From assembly GCA_904063045.1 (NCBI GenBank), contig CAJFCJ010000019.1:3230684-3294683 (forward strand): DNA of 64,000 bases, read 5' to 3'. The DNA is from Dimorphilus gyrociliatus. Lineage: Eukaryota > Animalia > Annelida. Below the pieces are notes generated by a model. It was given only the letters and a program-made list of their open reading frames with translations, searched no databases and was not told where the DNA came from. Each line of letters opens with the position of its first letter. The stretch's first letter is position 1. Made by a program: the position numbers and the translations under genes. Shown here one piece after another: positions 24,960 through 38,900 of this stretch.

Positions 24960-25852
24960 TCTCAAGCTAATTTTAGCGATCAAGTATATAAAAACAGGAA
25001 CAAACCGCAGGTTTTAAGGTTAAATTTTAGTGTGTTATTTTTTTAGATATTCTCCTGTATAAAGTTCAGAGGTTATCTTAAAAAAAGAAAGGTAAAAATA
25101 CACGCTTTTCTGTCAAATAAAAAATTAAAAGATACGATATGCTGATCTGACATCGTTAACAGCGTAAATACGTTTTTTTTTTATGTAAACATATTTCGGT
25201 ATTAGCCTAATAAAACATTTAAAGTGTTTCGCTTGATAACGGCCAATCAACTGGCGCGGCAAATGTGTATTAGCATAGAACCACACCCAAAAATTATTAT
25301 TTTAGATGTAATCAAAAGAAGTCAAGTAAAATCGAAAGTTTTCTAATACTAATAGCCTGTATTAATCAGAACTTCTTCCGTCTTGAAAGTGAGTAATGTA
25401 ACTGATGATTAAGACATAATACTGCAACAGAATAAACGAAATGCGGACAAAGCGTACTATATTTTTGAACGAAAAACCATTTCAATGAAAATAAACATTC
25501 AAGCATTGCGGGACAGCTTATGAAATATTTTGAACCAAACTGACAAAAATAAACTTAACTGCAGTTATATATAGATAAATCTTTCATTGAACTAAACCAA
25601 AACGCGAGTTTCCTACTGTTTACTTAATAGAAATAGCTGAACGATGCGTTAAGTATAATGTAAAATATGCTTTTTAAATAGTAATAAAAGTATTTAAAAC
25701 CCTAACTGGCACGTACACGTTTACCTTCCGTTTGAAGTCGGAGCAATTATCTTAAGCACATTCACGCCAGACCGGTAAGGTATACTTGAAAAGTCTTATC
25801 TGTAAAGTAATTTTCGTGTATTACACAAGCACAAAAGCATTTTTCGTACGAA

Positions 25853-26310
25853 CTAAAAATTTAGTGACTTCATATACTCGGAAATCTTCGCGACTCCGAG
25901 ATTGACTTGTTCATGGGTCTTTCCTTCGGCGTAATGCCCAATAACGACGGCTTTGGTAGTTTTCGCCATAGATAATCCTCCATGCTCCTTTTTCTTGAAA
26001 ATGTATAGCCCGACGGTTTCTCTCAAAAAATTATACTTAACGCCTTCAACTTTGCATCCATTTGCCTAAAAATTGTTGATGATATAAGCTCGCAGAAAAT
26101 TTTGTTAAAATTCCTTACTTGGAAAGCAGATACGTCACCACTTTGGATAACCCTTGCAATTGTTTGGGCTTCTTCTCCTGAAAGTTCAAGGATATTTTGT
26201 TGTCCAGAGTGTGGCGTCCAAATTCCCCCATCCAATCCTATAATAGCACCTTTATCGGCATTCTGAATCGAATGGGCAATCATATTGTCCACGTAGCTTT
26301 CCCACGACAT
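25853..26310 (-). CDS. PFN: Profilin, two coding exons, with a probable 5' UTR intron and upstream exon near 26722
   Basis: MSWESYVDNMI...AIIGLDGGIW; second exon ...GLKYNFLRE...KTTKAVVIGHY...EYMKSLNF* with TAG at 25853-25855. Confidence 0.93.
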
Positions 26311-26787
26311 GATGTAATATGTTCGAGAATCTGTCTGAGAAAAAACTATTTTACTATTTTTGCGGGCGTGGCTTATCAGCATCAAATAGTTCGTGTTTTA
26401 TTAACCCGGAAATCCTTTTAATGAATACGGCGAGGTGTCTCCTTATGACCTCTACTGAAATTTTTGTCTATTTATCTTAAGATTGTTTTTCAAATCTTAA
26501 TACAATATAGAGAAATTAGTCATTCTTCACAAATATATTATTACTGAAACTTTTTTTTGTTCAGCCGGTGCGGTGACTGGACATGCGAGTCAACTATAAA
26601 GGGAGATTAATTTTTCTCCTAATTAACTTAGATTTTCAACACCCCAAACATATATATAATATTAATTTCTTTAATTTTAAGTATTAAACATATTACTAAG
26701 TCAAATGCAGAATGAATAATACCTTGGGAATGAATCTTCTCTCAGTTAACTCCAGTAATGGCGGAATCGACTATCGGTTCTCTACGA

Positions 26788-26795
26788 TCACGTGA
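26788..26795. promoter_or_regulatory. E-box TCACGTGA in the profilin/GBF1 divergent promoter
   Basis: Motif read just upstream of the probable profilin 5' UTR exon. Confidence 0.5.
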
Positions 26796-27290
26796 TTTTT
26801 CGTGTCGTGTGACCAGTGGCGGAATAACTAAAAAATGATGGGGGCACGTTTATAGTTTGGTTAAAAAATATTATTTTTAAATAAAGTCTTCACAATTAAC
26901 ATTTGATATTTGAAAAAATACATTGAAAGATAGACTTTGACAAATTTCTAATAATTTTAAGTTTTTGAACTTATTTATATCATTGCATATATTCCATTTA
27001 ACACCTCAATTTTTTAAAATTAGCTAAAAAGCAATTAAAATTATTGAAATACACAAAAAATTTTATTCAAAAATATGATTTATGGCATAAAATAAGAAGG
27101 TTTCAGACCATATGCTTCAGGTACCAAAGTGGATTCCCACGTCTGATTACGCCTCTGAACTGATTACAGTATTATAAGTTTTTAGAAATTATTCAACTTA
27201 TTATATTTTTTTGAAATAAAATACAAGATCATTCTATCCATAACATTTGAAAAGAAAAAAATTAGAGATAATATACGAATATTTTTATTC

Positions 27291-27300
27291 CACTTCCGGT
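27291..27300 (-). promoter_or_regulatory. ETS/GABP-type motif ACCGGAAGTG upstream of GBF1
   Basis: CACTTCCGGT on the + strand, followed by a second CGGAAGT core. Confidence 0.45.
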
Positions 27301-27510
27301 TGATCAACGGAAGTTCCGGTAAAGTTGTCAATCTGTGTGTTGGAACAGAATTCGTGTCGTTTTGGTTCCATTCTGATAGTATATAAACGGTAAGCCTATT
27401 GAAAATACTTGCAAATACTGTACCAAATCTAATACTCAATTGCTAATAGCTAACATTTGATGACAATAAACAGAACCTATTAATCGATATTTTTCTTCGT
27501 GATCGTCACG

Positions 27511-30500
27511 ATGCCAAGACCAGAAAATGGAATATATATTATACAAGGAGAAGTTAATTTGGTTGTTTCAGCCATGCGAAGAAGTGTTCGATGGACATCT
27601 CATCATCAGCAAAATCGACTGGTAGTACTTCTTTTACTTAATGGTTTACTTCAACATTACTTTTTTACTTATTTTTAATAACTAAAGGAACAAGAAGAAG
27701 ATCCACTTATAAATGAATTTTGCATTTTAAAGGATACACTAAGCAATGTTTCTGGTAATATAAATGTTAACATTTATACTTTTATTTTATAAATATATAC
27801 TAATTTACAGATTTTGATGATCTGGCTCCTAATGAATACTTGGGTCCATTCTTGAACGTTATTCGTTCTGAAGATACTACTGGTCCAATTACTGGTTTAG
27901 CTTTAACTTCAGTCAATAAATTTTTATCATATCAACTCCTCGGTGAGAAAGATTTTATGTTATTAAGTAATTATTTTATTCATTGCTATTTGCTTTTTGT
28001 AGATGAAAATCATGAATCAACCAATGTAGCTGTTGAAAATATGGCAGATGCCGTTACACATGCAAGATTTGTTGGTACTGACGCAGGATCTGATGAAGTA
28101 GTTTTAATGAAAATTTTGATGGTTTTGCGAACTTTGTTACTGTCATCTGTTGGAAAACTCTTAACAAATGAATCGGTGTGTGAAATAATGCAGAGTTGTT
28201 TTCGAATATGCTTTGAAATGCGTCTTAGCGGTATGAAGTTAATCTAATAGAGTTCACGTTCAAGTAATTTCCTGTTTTTGCAGAATTATTAAGAAAGTCA
28301 GCTGAACATACGCTAATTGATATGGTTCAGTTACTCTTTACAAGACTGCCTGAATTTAAAGAGGATGCTAAGTGGAAATCCCTTAAAAAAGTAAGAGCAA
28401 TGTTTTTAATTTCTTTATAGTCATGACCAAATTTTTCAGCTGAAAATGCGAGCAGGTGGTATGGGAAGTGGCAATGCTGGAAATCGTAAAATAACTAAGA
28501 AGCAGTCTCGCAGTAGAGAAAAGCCAATATCTATAAAGACTTATCCTCAAAACATAAATAATGACGATGTCAAAAAAGAAAATGTAAAGTTAAATCTTAT
28601 TTATGATTAAAAACTCATATTTAAATTTTAAAAAAAGGCCTCCGATATTGGTGGAAATCCTCCAGAAACAATGTCTGCTCAAACAAAGTCTTTCTCTGAC
28701 GAAAAAACTGAAGAAACTGCAATTGCTTCAATTACTGACGATGCAAAAGATAAAACTGATGAATCGAAACAAGACGAAAATGAATCAATTGGTAAAACTC
28801 AAATGCCTGATTTTTCTTCTTATGATGAAAATTTTTCACAAGGTGACCTATCTGAGGCTGGTATCACCAACATAGAACAGTCTGAAGTGGACATGATACC
28901 TGCTGTTGTAGCCATGCCTGGAATGTCTGATGATATAGATGTTGTATCATGTATATCAGGTCATGCTACTGAAGAAGAGGAAACTGACGATAGGGTAATC
29001 TCGATCTTATTAAATTTTTTAAATACTTTTGATTTGATCATAGGGAGAAGCAGAAGAAAATCCGAAATCTGAAAAATCTGAGTACATTAATACTCAGGGT
29101 GTACGATTTACACAAAACGATGATGAAAGAAAGGGTAGAAATGAACCTAGTCTTATACCACATGGACTTCCTTGCTTGAAAGAATTATTTAGATTTTTGA
29201 TAAGCCTAACATCTCCGATTGATCGACATAATACAGATGTTATGGTTCATATGGGGCTGAATCTACTAACAGTCGCATTAGAGAGTGGTGCGGATTACAT
29301 GCCTAGAAATTCTTCGTTAATGAATCTGATAAAAGACGATATGCTGCGAAATGCCTTACTTGTAAGTATAAGCAACAAGATGTGATCATTTGAATAATGA
29401 TATTTTTTAGCTTTTATCCAGTGAACGAACTCGCCTGTTTGCGATGTCCCTCCGCGTTTGTTTTCTTCTTTTCGAATCTATGAGAGGCCACTTAAAATTT
29501 CAATTAGAGGTAATAAACCCACAAATATGTATATATAAATATTTATTCAATTTAGGAAAGAATATCTATTTCAGATGTACGTCGAAAAACTAATGAGCAT
29601 AATTACTTCTGAGTCACCAAAAATTTCGGACGAGCAACGAGAATTGGCTTTGGAGGCATTGGTTCAACTATGCCGCGTTCCTGGACTAGTAACAGAACTT
29701 TATTTAAATTATGACTGCCATTTGTACTGCTCAAACTTATTTGAAGATTTGATGAAAGTTTTGTCAAAGGTAGTTTAAAGCTACAGCAAATTCAGAAAAA
29801 TAACTTTATAACTTATTTCAGAATGCATTTCCTGTAGCTGGTTTATTCACAACTCACTTATTATCTTTAGACTGCTTATTGGCCGTTATTGATAATATAG
29901 AACAGCATTGCCATCATAGGAGTTTGCACGCTTCATCACCTTCTAACGAGGACAAAGACTCTAATCTAAGTGAATCACGTATGTTTTTAATTTCAAATTA
30001 TCCATAAAAGCTTATGATAGATATTTTCAGAAGAACATGTAGAGAATTCAGGTAAAACAAAGGCTACTATAAAACCAAATAGGATGATTTGTCGATTGAC
30101 AAGTAATACCCTGCCTAGTGAAGATGATTTGAATGCAATCAAACATAAAAAGAAAATTTATATAACTGGAAGCGAATCATTCAACAACCGTCCTTCAAAA
30201 GGTGTAGCTTATCTACAGGATCAAGGATTTTTCAAAACACCACTTGATCCAGAGGAAGTTGTGAGGTTTTTAAAAGAAAATCCAAGATTAGATAAAAAAA
30301 TGATAGGTGAATACATAAGTAACAAGAAAAATAATTCAATATTGGAAGCTTTTCAAAAAAGTTTCAACTTCTCAAATGTTCGAATCGATGAAGCTCTTCG
30401 TGAATACTTGGAAGCATTTAGACTACCAGGTGAAGCACCTGTTATTCAATATTTGTTAGAACATTTTGCTCAACATTGGCATACAGCTAACAATGAACCA

Positions 30501-33303
30501 TTCGCTGATACTGATGCAGCTTTTACATTATCGTATGCAGTCATTATGTTGAATACTGACCAGCACAATCATAATGTAAGGAAACAAAACATCCCAATGA
30601 CTGTCGAACAATTCAAAAGAAATGTTGCGGGCGTAAATGGCAAAGGAGACTTTGAAAGTTCTATGTTAGAAGAAATTTATGAGAATATTCGTAATGAAGA
30701 GATTATTATGCCATCTGAACAAACGGGTATAGTTAGGGAAAATTATCTATGGAATGTAATGTTAAGAAGAGGTTGCACAGGCGATGGAGAGTTTTTACAC
30801 GCTCCCACTGGAGCCTATGATAGAGACTTATTCGCAATTGTTTGGGGTCCTACTGTAGCAGCTTTATCTTTTGTCTTTGATAAAAGCATCCATGATACAG
30901 TCATTCAAAAGTCTATAGCTGGATTTAGAAAGTGTGCCATGATATCTGCTCATTATGGTCTATCTGATGTTTTCGATAATTTAGTCATTTCTCTTTGCAA
31001 ATTCACTGGTTTATTAAGTAGTGCTGAAAGTGGTCAGCAAATTGCCATTACTTTGGGAAACAATAAGAAAGCTCAATTGGCCCTAAAAACCGTGCTAGCC
31101 TTAGCCAAGAGACATGCTGATATGTTAAGAGATGGATGGAGGAATTTGCTAGATGCTATTCTACAGTTATATCATACAGATCTTTTACCTGAAGTGTTAA
31201 CAACTGTTGAAGATTTTGTAGAATCAAACGGAAGAATTTCATTAATTGAAAAAAGGCGCAGAGACAGGAATGGAACTACTAATACAAAAACGGATGCAAA
31301 TGTGTTTTCAAGCTTCTTCCTAAACTTTGGTTTATCAGAATCTCAAAATTCTAGGAACCAAGCCCCAGAAGATCAGGCGGCTATAAGACAGGCCAAAGCA
31401 GTTTTAGAAGAGTGCCATATTGAACAGATAATTACTGATTCAAAATTCCTTAGGGCTGACTCTCTCTTTGAATTGGTAAAAGCTTTGGCTCTGGCAGCTC
31501 GCCCCGATTTGCCATCAACCCATAAGCATGATGATGACACTGATGTATTCGTTTTAGAATTGCTGATTCGTGTAGTTTTGAATAATCGAGATCGTGTGGC
31601 CCCACTGTGGGGACTTGTGAGAGATTTAATGTACGCTATCCTTGTTGACAGTTGTCAGGCAACTTGGCTTGTTCAAAGGGCTGTTGTTGGTTTGATAAGG
31701 CTAGCTCTCCGGTTGTTGCGTCGGGATGATGTAGCTAGTCATGTTTTAGCAACTTTGAAACTTTTGCTACTTATGCGATCGACTGTTTTACATCAAGTTG
31801 CCCAACACGTTGCCTTTGGCTTATTTGAATTGCTTAGAACTAACGCAGCCCATATTCATGATTTTGGAGATTGGAAAACTCTCTTTACTCTGCTAGAAGT
31901 TGTGGGTGCCGGAGCTTCAGCTCCTCCAGTGCTTCATGTCCAGCCAGGGGTTGACATAGTCCAATCTGTAAATGAGGCTGGTGGTGCTCAGAGTGATTCA
32001 GAAATCTCACCTCATTCCATAGCAGAATCAGCTGATAGAGGGTATACCAGTGATAGTGAATTACAAAACAACACAACAGTAAATCAATATAGCGTTTGTT
32101 TAGATGTTGAACTAAGGGGACCAATTGATCAAATATGTTTGCATAAAGTGTGTGAAAGCCTTGCTTTTCTAGTTCGCGATGCTGTTCATATAACACCAGC
32201 AAATTTCGAGAGTTGTTTACACGCGATAAGAACATTAATTGAAGCTAGTGTCTCAGGAGGAAAGAAATCTTGTGAAAAAAGACCTCAACCTTCAAAGCGT
32301 CAGTCGAAGAGAGATAGACAACGAAATAAACACGTGGAACAGGCAGATGATGAACAAAGGACAATCGCTGATCAAGCTGGACAGCAAGTGGCAATGCAAT
32401 TACTTGATTTATTAGACACCATGCATACCAGAGCTGATTCAATTTTTACCTCTTGGGCTGATGAAAATGGGGATAAATTGGATATTAATGCGCTATGGAA
32501 TAATTGCTGGTGTCCGATTCTTCAAGGAATGGCCAGACTGTGTTGTGATTCTAGAAGAATAGTCCGACAACAAGCGCTAACTTATTTACAACGAGCCCTT
32601 GTAATGCCTGATCTACAGTCACTTACAGCCCACGAATGGGAGAGTGGGTTTAATAAAGTCCTTTTTCCTCTATTGACGGCACTCCTTGATACACCTTCAG
32701 AAATTGATCCCGCTGGTATTGATGAAACGCGAGTAAGAGCTTCTGCCCTCCTCAGTAAAGTCTTCCTTCAACATTTAACCCCACTTCGAGCATTACCAAC
32801 TTTTACTGCTCTCTGGCTGACAATATTAGATTTTATGCATCGCTTTATGCATGCTGATAACTCTGAATTGTTAAGTGATGCTGTACCTGAAAGCTTAAAG
32901 AATATGCTTTTGGTAATGAATACTGCAGGAATGTTAACTGAAGAGAGTGAAGAAGGTGCACAATTATGGCGATTAACTTGGCATAGAATTGATCCCTTTC
33001 TGCCTAATTTGAAGGGCGATCTGTTCAAGCCCCAAGCCCCCAGCGTTCATACACCGGCATCACCTAGATCTCAGAGTCCAATAACAGCTAATACCCAAAC
33101 GTCACCTAGTGCTAATGTGATCTTACAACCTCCTCTTCCCAGTATTCGCAGCGAGGAGCAGATAACTGGTCTTCCTGTGGTTCTTCATCCACCTCAGGTA
33201 ATTATTGATTAAATTTTAGATACAAAGTCAACGATTATATATTTTATTCGAAAAACAGGACGTATCAACTTCCACAGGACATTTGGAAAAACCTGATGAT
33301 TAG
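27511..33303 (+). CDS. GBF1: Golgi BFA-resistant ARF-GEF GBF1 (DCB-HUS-Sec7-HDS), multi-exon
   Basis: [15 protein letters not shown]; [25 protein letters not shown]; [20 protein letters not shown]; [18 protein letters not shown]; Sec7 motif [10 protein letters not shown]; [14 protein letters not shown]; [10 protein letters not shown]-type HDS region. Last small exon [14 protein letters not shown] ends at 33303. Confidence 0.96.
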
Positions 33304-33379
33304 CCATTTTTCATAAAAAAAAAACTGCGTACTTATTTTACAAAATGTCAAATCCTCGTTGTATGAGTAAAATATTCTA

Positions 33380-35692
33380 TTAATATTTTTTCTTCTTGAT
33401 ACAAACCTCAGGCACCCCTACATCCTTCTCATCAAAACCCCTCTTTTGTTTTTCCATAATAGCCTTGCATTTAAGTTCTTTAATAGCTTGCTCATCATCA
33501 GCTTCTGCATTAGTAAAGAGCATACACTTAGTGCATTTCAGACATCTTTTAATATTTGGATCCCTCGGATGGTTACAAAAGTGATCGTAGCTTTTCTGCA
33601 ACATTATAATTACTCAGCTGAGGACAGAAAGTAAGTTTAAAATTTACAATTTTGGATCGACAAACGTAGCAAAATTTTGCTCCACACCGGCAAGTCATTT
33701 TGTTGCAGCCTTCAGATTTGATTAAGCTTGTTCCACATTGATAACATTTACGTACTTTAGCTTGTGTCATTTCTTCTTCGCTGAAAGAGTAAATTATGTA
33801 AACAACTAGTCAATTAGTCTTGAAGTATTTACAATTTTTTTCTAAGCGAAGCCTCATCAGACTTTTCAATTTCATGACAGGGCTTTCCAAAGTGATCATC
33901 CCACTCTTCTCGACAATAGATACACGATCCCTTTAAGGAGATACAATATTAGTAGGTGATAAGATAACTGGATAAACTAACTCTTTCACATCTCTCACAT
34001 TCAAGAACCTTATTATTTTCGGGCACAATTACTTTGTAGTTGCAGAATGGACAAGAGTGAAGGTTAGAAATTTTGGCTTTAGTAATATTTTCTAAAAATT
34101 GTCGCTCGTCCATTTTTTCCAAAGTTTTTTGGTCGAGAGTTGTTTGAAGGAGTTGATGGGGAAACTGGCAATCACATTCTGCATTCATACATTGTAAAAT
34201 ACTTTGACCACCGCCTCCAAAAATTGCTTCTTTGGCATAGTTTCTTAAGCAATCTTTACAAAACAAATGTCCATCAGCACATTGAATCATATCCCTAAAA
34301 GCTATATCACTAAAGCAGCATCCACATTCAACTGGTTCACTGTCATCTTCTAAAAAGTCATGGTTATCATCTAATTGATTTTTTTCACTTTCAGCTTTCG
34401 CGGTTTCGGCCTTAAATACATCTGTATCACTTTGTAATATTTTTTCAAAATGATGTGGTAGATTCATATAATGTTCTCGACTAAATCTTCGAGAGCGTTT
34501 CAAAAAATGTATTCTGCTGATTTTCCCGTTGGGTAGAGGTATAGTTATAACTGGTAGCGTTGAGGTACCTTCAATTAGCACAGAAAAGAAAGGTTTGCCT
34601 TCGACTTCAAAGGTTTTCTTTCTATACATGAGGTTTACTTCCTTCAGCTCTTTTGTCAGACAAGCTCGGGCTAAAGCGTAGTCATTGTTAAATGCTAGTA
34701 GTATCTCTTTTAGCGGTCCAGACCTTAACTTAAAATATACAATAATATATTAAAGCGATCAAAATTAAGTAATCAATTTTTTAAGAAATTATTAACTTGG
34801 GGAAATTCAAAAGTAAAACTCCTAAAGATCACGTCGCTATCAACAGTTTCAACGGGAGTTTCATTTTCTTGACCGTATGATCCGTGTTTCTTCTTTGGTT
34901 TTTTCGGGTAAGTGTTTGACAGTAGATAGTCACAAATATCATTAACCGTATTTTCATTAAGACTTTGTTCGTTATAATTATTAATCGTTTTCATAAGATA
35001 TTCCGGGTCCACTTCAATGAAAATATTTGACTGAGAAGAAAAAAATATTTCCAAAAATATTATGCAGAAAGTTTATTATACTTACGAGTTCATTATATAC
35101 TTCTTCTGCCGTTAAAATTTGACTATCGTGACCAGGAATCTTAATATTAATTGAAATTTATAAATCTCGATTGTCTAAATGAAATTTTAAAAAAATATTT
35201 AAATTGTATGCTTTTAAACTTACAAGTTGATTTGAAGCATCTGGTTTGTTATGGCTTGTACTTGGAATCTCTAATAAAAATGTAATTTAGAATGTTTTTA
35301 GGATTAATTATCAACTTACCCAAGATATCTCCTCCTGTAAATTCTGAGCATACTCGATGCTTTATTACATAGTCCATTCTTTCCGCCTTCAAATCAAACG
35401 AGTCCAATTCATTTCCCGTTCGAAAGTTCAAAATGTCGTCAACGCAATGTGTTAATAGATCATTTCCAGTAAATTCAAAGTGATCGGGATGTTTAATTGA
35501 ATGAATAATATACCGAGGTAATCTGTCTGGAAATATGGATTTTATCTGGTTAAGTATAAGTTTTTCTTCCTTATTAAGCAAGTCTTCAACACTAGAATAA
35601 AAATTGCGAAATGATCTTTGGAGTTATATTTAATATTTATATTACTTATTGAAGTACTTAGAATCCCAAGGAAAAGGCTTCATTGTCGTCAT
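33380..35692 (-). CDS. RNF216: RBR E3 ubiquitin ligase RNF216/TRIAD3, multi-exon
   Basis: RING1 CGCCFSD...[15 protein letters not shown]; IBR CPFCNY...CERCE; RING2 [30 protein letters not shown]; [14 protein letters not shown] 35692 joins exon 2 in phase. Confidence 0.88.
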
Positions 35693-35962
35693 TATTTTCA
35701 GTAATTTGAGGCCTTTTTAGGATACCTGTACCAGTTATTATGATATAAATCATTTGACATGTAGTTCCAACAGTGATATCAAGTTTACTAAAAGAGGGCG
35801 CTTTTGAAAATAAATATTCGGGTTCCTGTCGACGTTCCGTTTTACTACCAGTTTCTCTTTAAAAATATTCTGATATCATCTTTTTTCATACTCTGAAAAA
35901 ATGATCGTATTTGTGAATGATCCACAAGTACAATACATTAAAGTATATATATATGCGTTTCA

Positions 35963-38900
35963 ATGAATATTACTTCATCTGCTTCACCAAGCAACCAGTT
36001 TATAATGGAGAGAAAACGACTACATCAATTAGTCGATTTTCGGAGATTGTTTGATTATCTTCATGATTTCTTTACAATTGAGGAGCGGAATACTATTTCC
36101 CGTAGTTCAAGACCAATGGATAGACTTATAGACATACTGCAGGAAAAAGATTCGACTGGATCAGAACTACTAATTGATGCTTTAGAAAAGTTATACCCTC
36201 AACATCACTTTGGTATCTCACCTTTATCGTCAACTCATTCTGTAACAACCACCGATAAAGTCGATCGTGAGATTAAATCCAAGCAATCAGTCATAAGTAA
36301 TAAACGTGATTATGATCGACTTCAAAAAGAGTGTGAAGAGGCAGTCTCAGAGCTAAATGTTTTGAAAACTATGCTTGCTGAAGCCGCTACTAAAAGAGAG
36401 CAGGCTTTATTGGAAAGAAATCATTTCTCGAAACTTTATGAACAAAGTAGACTAACTCAATCAGAGCTTGAGAAACAGGTTTATAACCCCTTTTAAAGTG
36501 TATTTAACAAAATTATACTAATACCTTCGTATTTCAGCTTCAAATATTACGGAATCATAATAAACAAGTTACGGAACAAAAAGAAAAATTACTCTCTGAT
36601 TACGAACACGAAATTGACCTCAAAGTAGCCAACGAAAAGGAGATAGACGAACTTCGGGAGGTTGTTCGAGAAATGAAGAGTGAGACAACAAGTATATCTT
36701 CGAATGGATCTGACGCCTTGATGAAAACATATACCACCTTGTGCACGAAATACGATGCTCTGCGAGCAGAAAATGAAATGTTGAAACGACAATTACAAGA
36801 CACAATTAGTGATCACAAAAGTTCTTCAAAAGAAATATGCCGATTAGAGGATGAGAAAAAACGATTATGGCTAAAATATGAATCCGCTGTAGAAACACGA
36901 GATAACTTGACTGTAGAAAAGTCTGAATTGACTAATCGATTGGAAAGTCTCTCGGCAGAGAGAAATCAACTTTCTGCACTATTTAGTAAACAGGCCAATG
37001 CTACGAGTGACGCAAATCGTCAGCGAGATGCTGCAGTACATGAATATCAAAATGTTATGAGGGAACGAGGTATAGTTCTTCAAGAATCTGAAGAAATGCA
37101 ATCAAAGCTGCAGGAAGCAGAAACGAAAATTATTCAATTAAGTAACGATATTAAAAAGTATGAATCATTAGCGAATCATCTTCAACGCGAATTGGAAACA
37201 AGAAAGCAAGAAAATTATGTAACAAAGTGCCAGGTAAAAACTTATAAATTTAATTCTATTAATAATTCCCAATATTTTGTTAAAGTCTTGCGAGGAGATG
37301 ATCAGAATGGCTGAAAACTTAAAAAATGAACTTCACATAGCTGTAACGGAGAAAAAGGAACTTGTAGATCAAATGAACCAAATAATGCATCATGCACAAA
37401 AAGATGATTTAATAGAGCAGCTAAAGGGTCGCATAAAAGCTTTAGAAGCCGAAATGAGAGACCAGGAACGACAGGCCGATCGTGCTAAGCAGCGACGAGA
37501 TTGGGCTTTTTCTGAAAGAGATAAAATTGTTTTAGAGAGAGATAGCATGCGAACTCTCTGCGATCAATTAAGACGGGATAGAGATAGAGCTGTAAGCGAT
37601 TTAGCCAATGCCATGGGAGAAGTTGACCAACTAAATAAGCATAAATCGTCTACTGCTCGAGAACTAAAGAGCTATAAGTTCGTATTTTTTTTTAAAACAT
37701 TTTTCTTTTTTAAAGGCTAGTGTTTAATTTTCCAGGGAAAAATTTCAATCAATGTTAAGAGGAAATAGCGTCGAAGTAATGAAATCAATGAATGCAATAC
37801 ACAGCACGGACCTAACATTGCCCACTTCGTTTTCTGAAACAGATATGGAAATAATGAACTTGACTATAGTAGGCTATTAAATATTAATATGATAATTAAT
37901 GCTAATAACTAGCTTTCTCTTCAGCCAATCACCTCATCAGATGATTTCTCATTTGACTTAAGTAAAACTGAAACAAGCAAGCCTTTTAGCATTAGATTGT
38001 ACGATACTAAATTACCTAATCAATATATCCTATTAAGGTGCTCATTTTGTGCACTATTAAGATGTTGAATAGTAATAGAATTTTCTTTTCAACAGGATTA
38101 ATGATGGGACACTTAATGTAAATAATATAAATATTTCTAATACTACTCGACGAAGTGCTGAGGAAACTCTTAAAAAAGCAATAAATAGTGGGAATGTAAA
38201 TTTTGTTCTAAAGCGAAATTTAAATCCGTCAAGCATTAAAGATGTTAGGCTCCAGGCAACAAATAACCAAGGTAAACAGCCACCTATGCTTTTATGAATA
38301 CTTTTTAACTTCCCTTGTAGATTTTGGCCTAAATTTCGAAACTGGAATATTTTTATCAAAAATTTCGCCATCATCACCAGCTGGCAACTCTGCAGATCTT
38401 CGTAGCGGAGATAGACTATTGAGCGTAAGTTAACGCGAATGAACCGCACTGTATATGAGGGTTGTTAAGCATATTATCCGTTTTTAGATTAATGGTGTAT
38501 CTGTGAATGATCTGAGTATAGAGAAAGTAGAAACTATTCTTGAAACCAATCAGGAAATTGAAATAACAGTTCAAAAGTATTCCGAGTGTATTTCCTCGTC
38601 TCACTCTATTACATCAACATCAGGTGTGACAGATATGTCTCCTGATTCTCCTGCTATCTCTCCAATAGCTAATGAGTCATGGAAAAAAAATCAGCTTTCG
38701 TCGTGTGCTCAAACTGAAACTGCTATATTTCTGAGTTCAGAAAGCGATCTGGATTATGGGCAACAGCATTTTAAACGCAAAAAAAAGGATTCAAAAAGTA
38801 AAGGTAGAGTGGAAGCGCGACGTATATCTGCAGAAGAACAGCAAGCCTTAGAAGATTTTCAATCAGTTATTGAGAGCTTAGATAATGAAGGACAATCTAG

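Noticed and set aside
31885-33028. Minus-strand ORFs inside the large GBF1 exon
   Set aside because: Antisense shadows with no recognisable domain or splice support.
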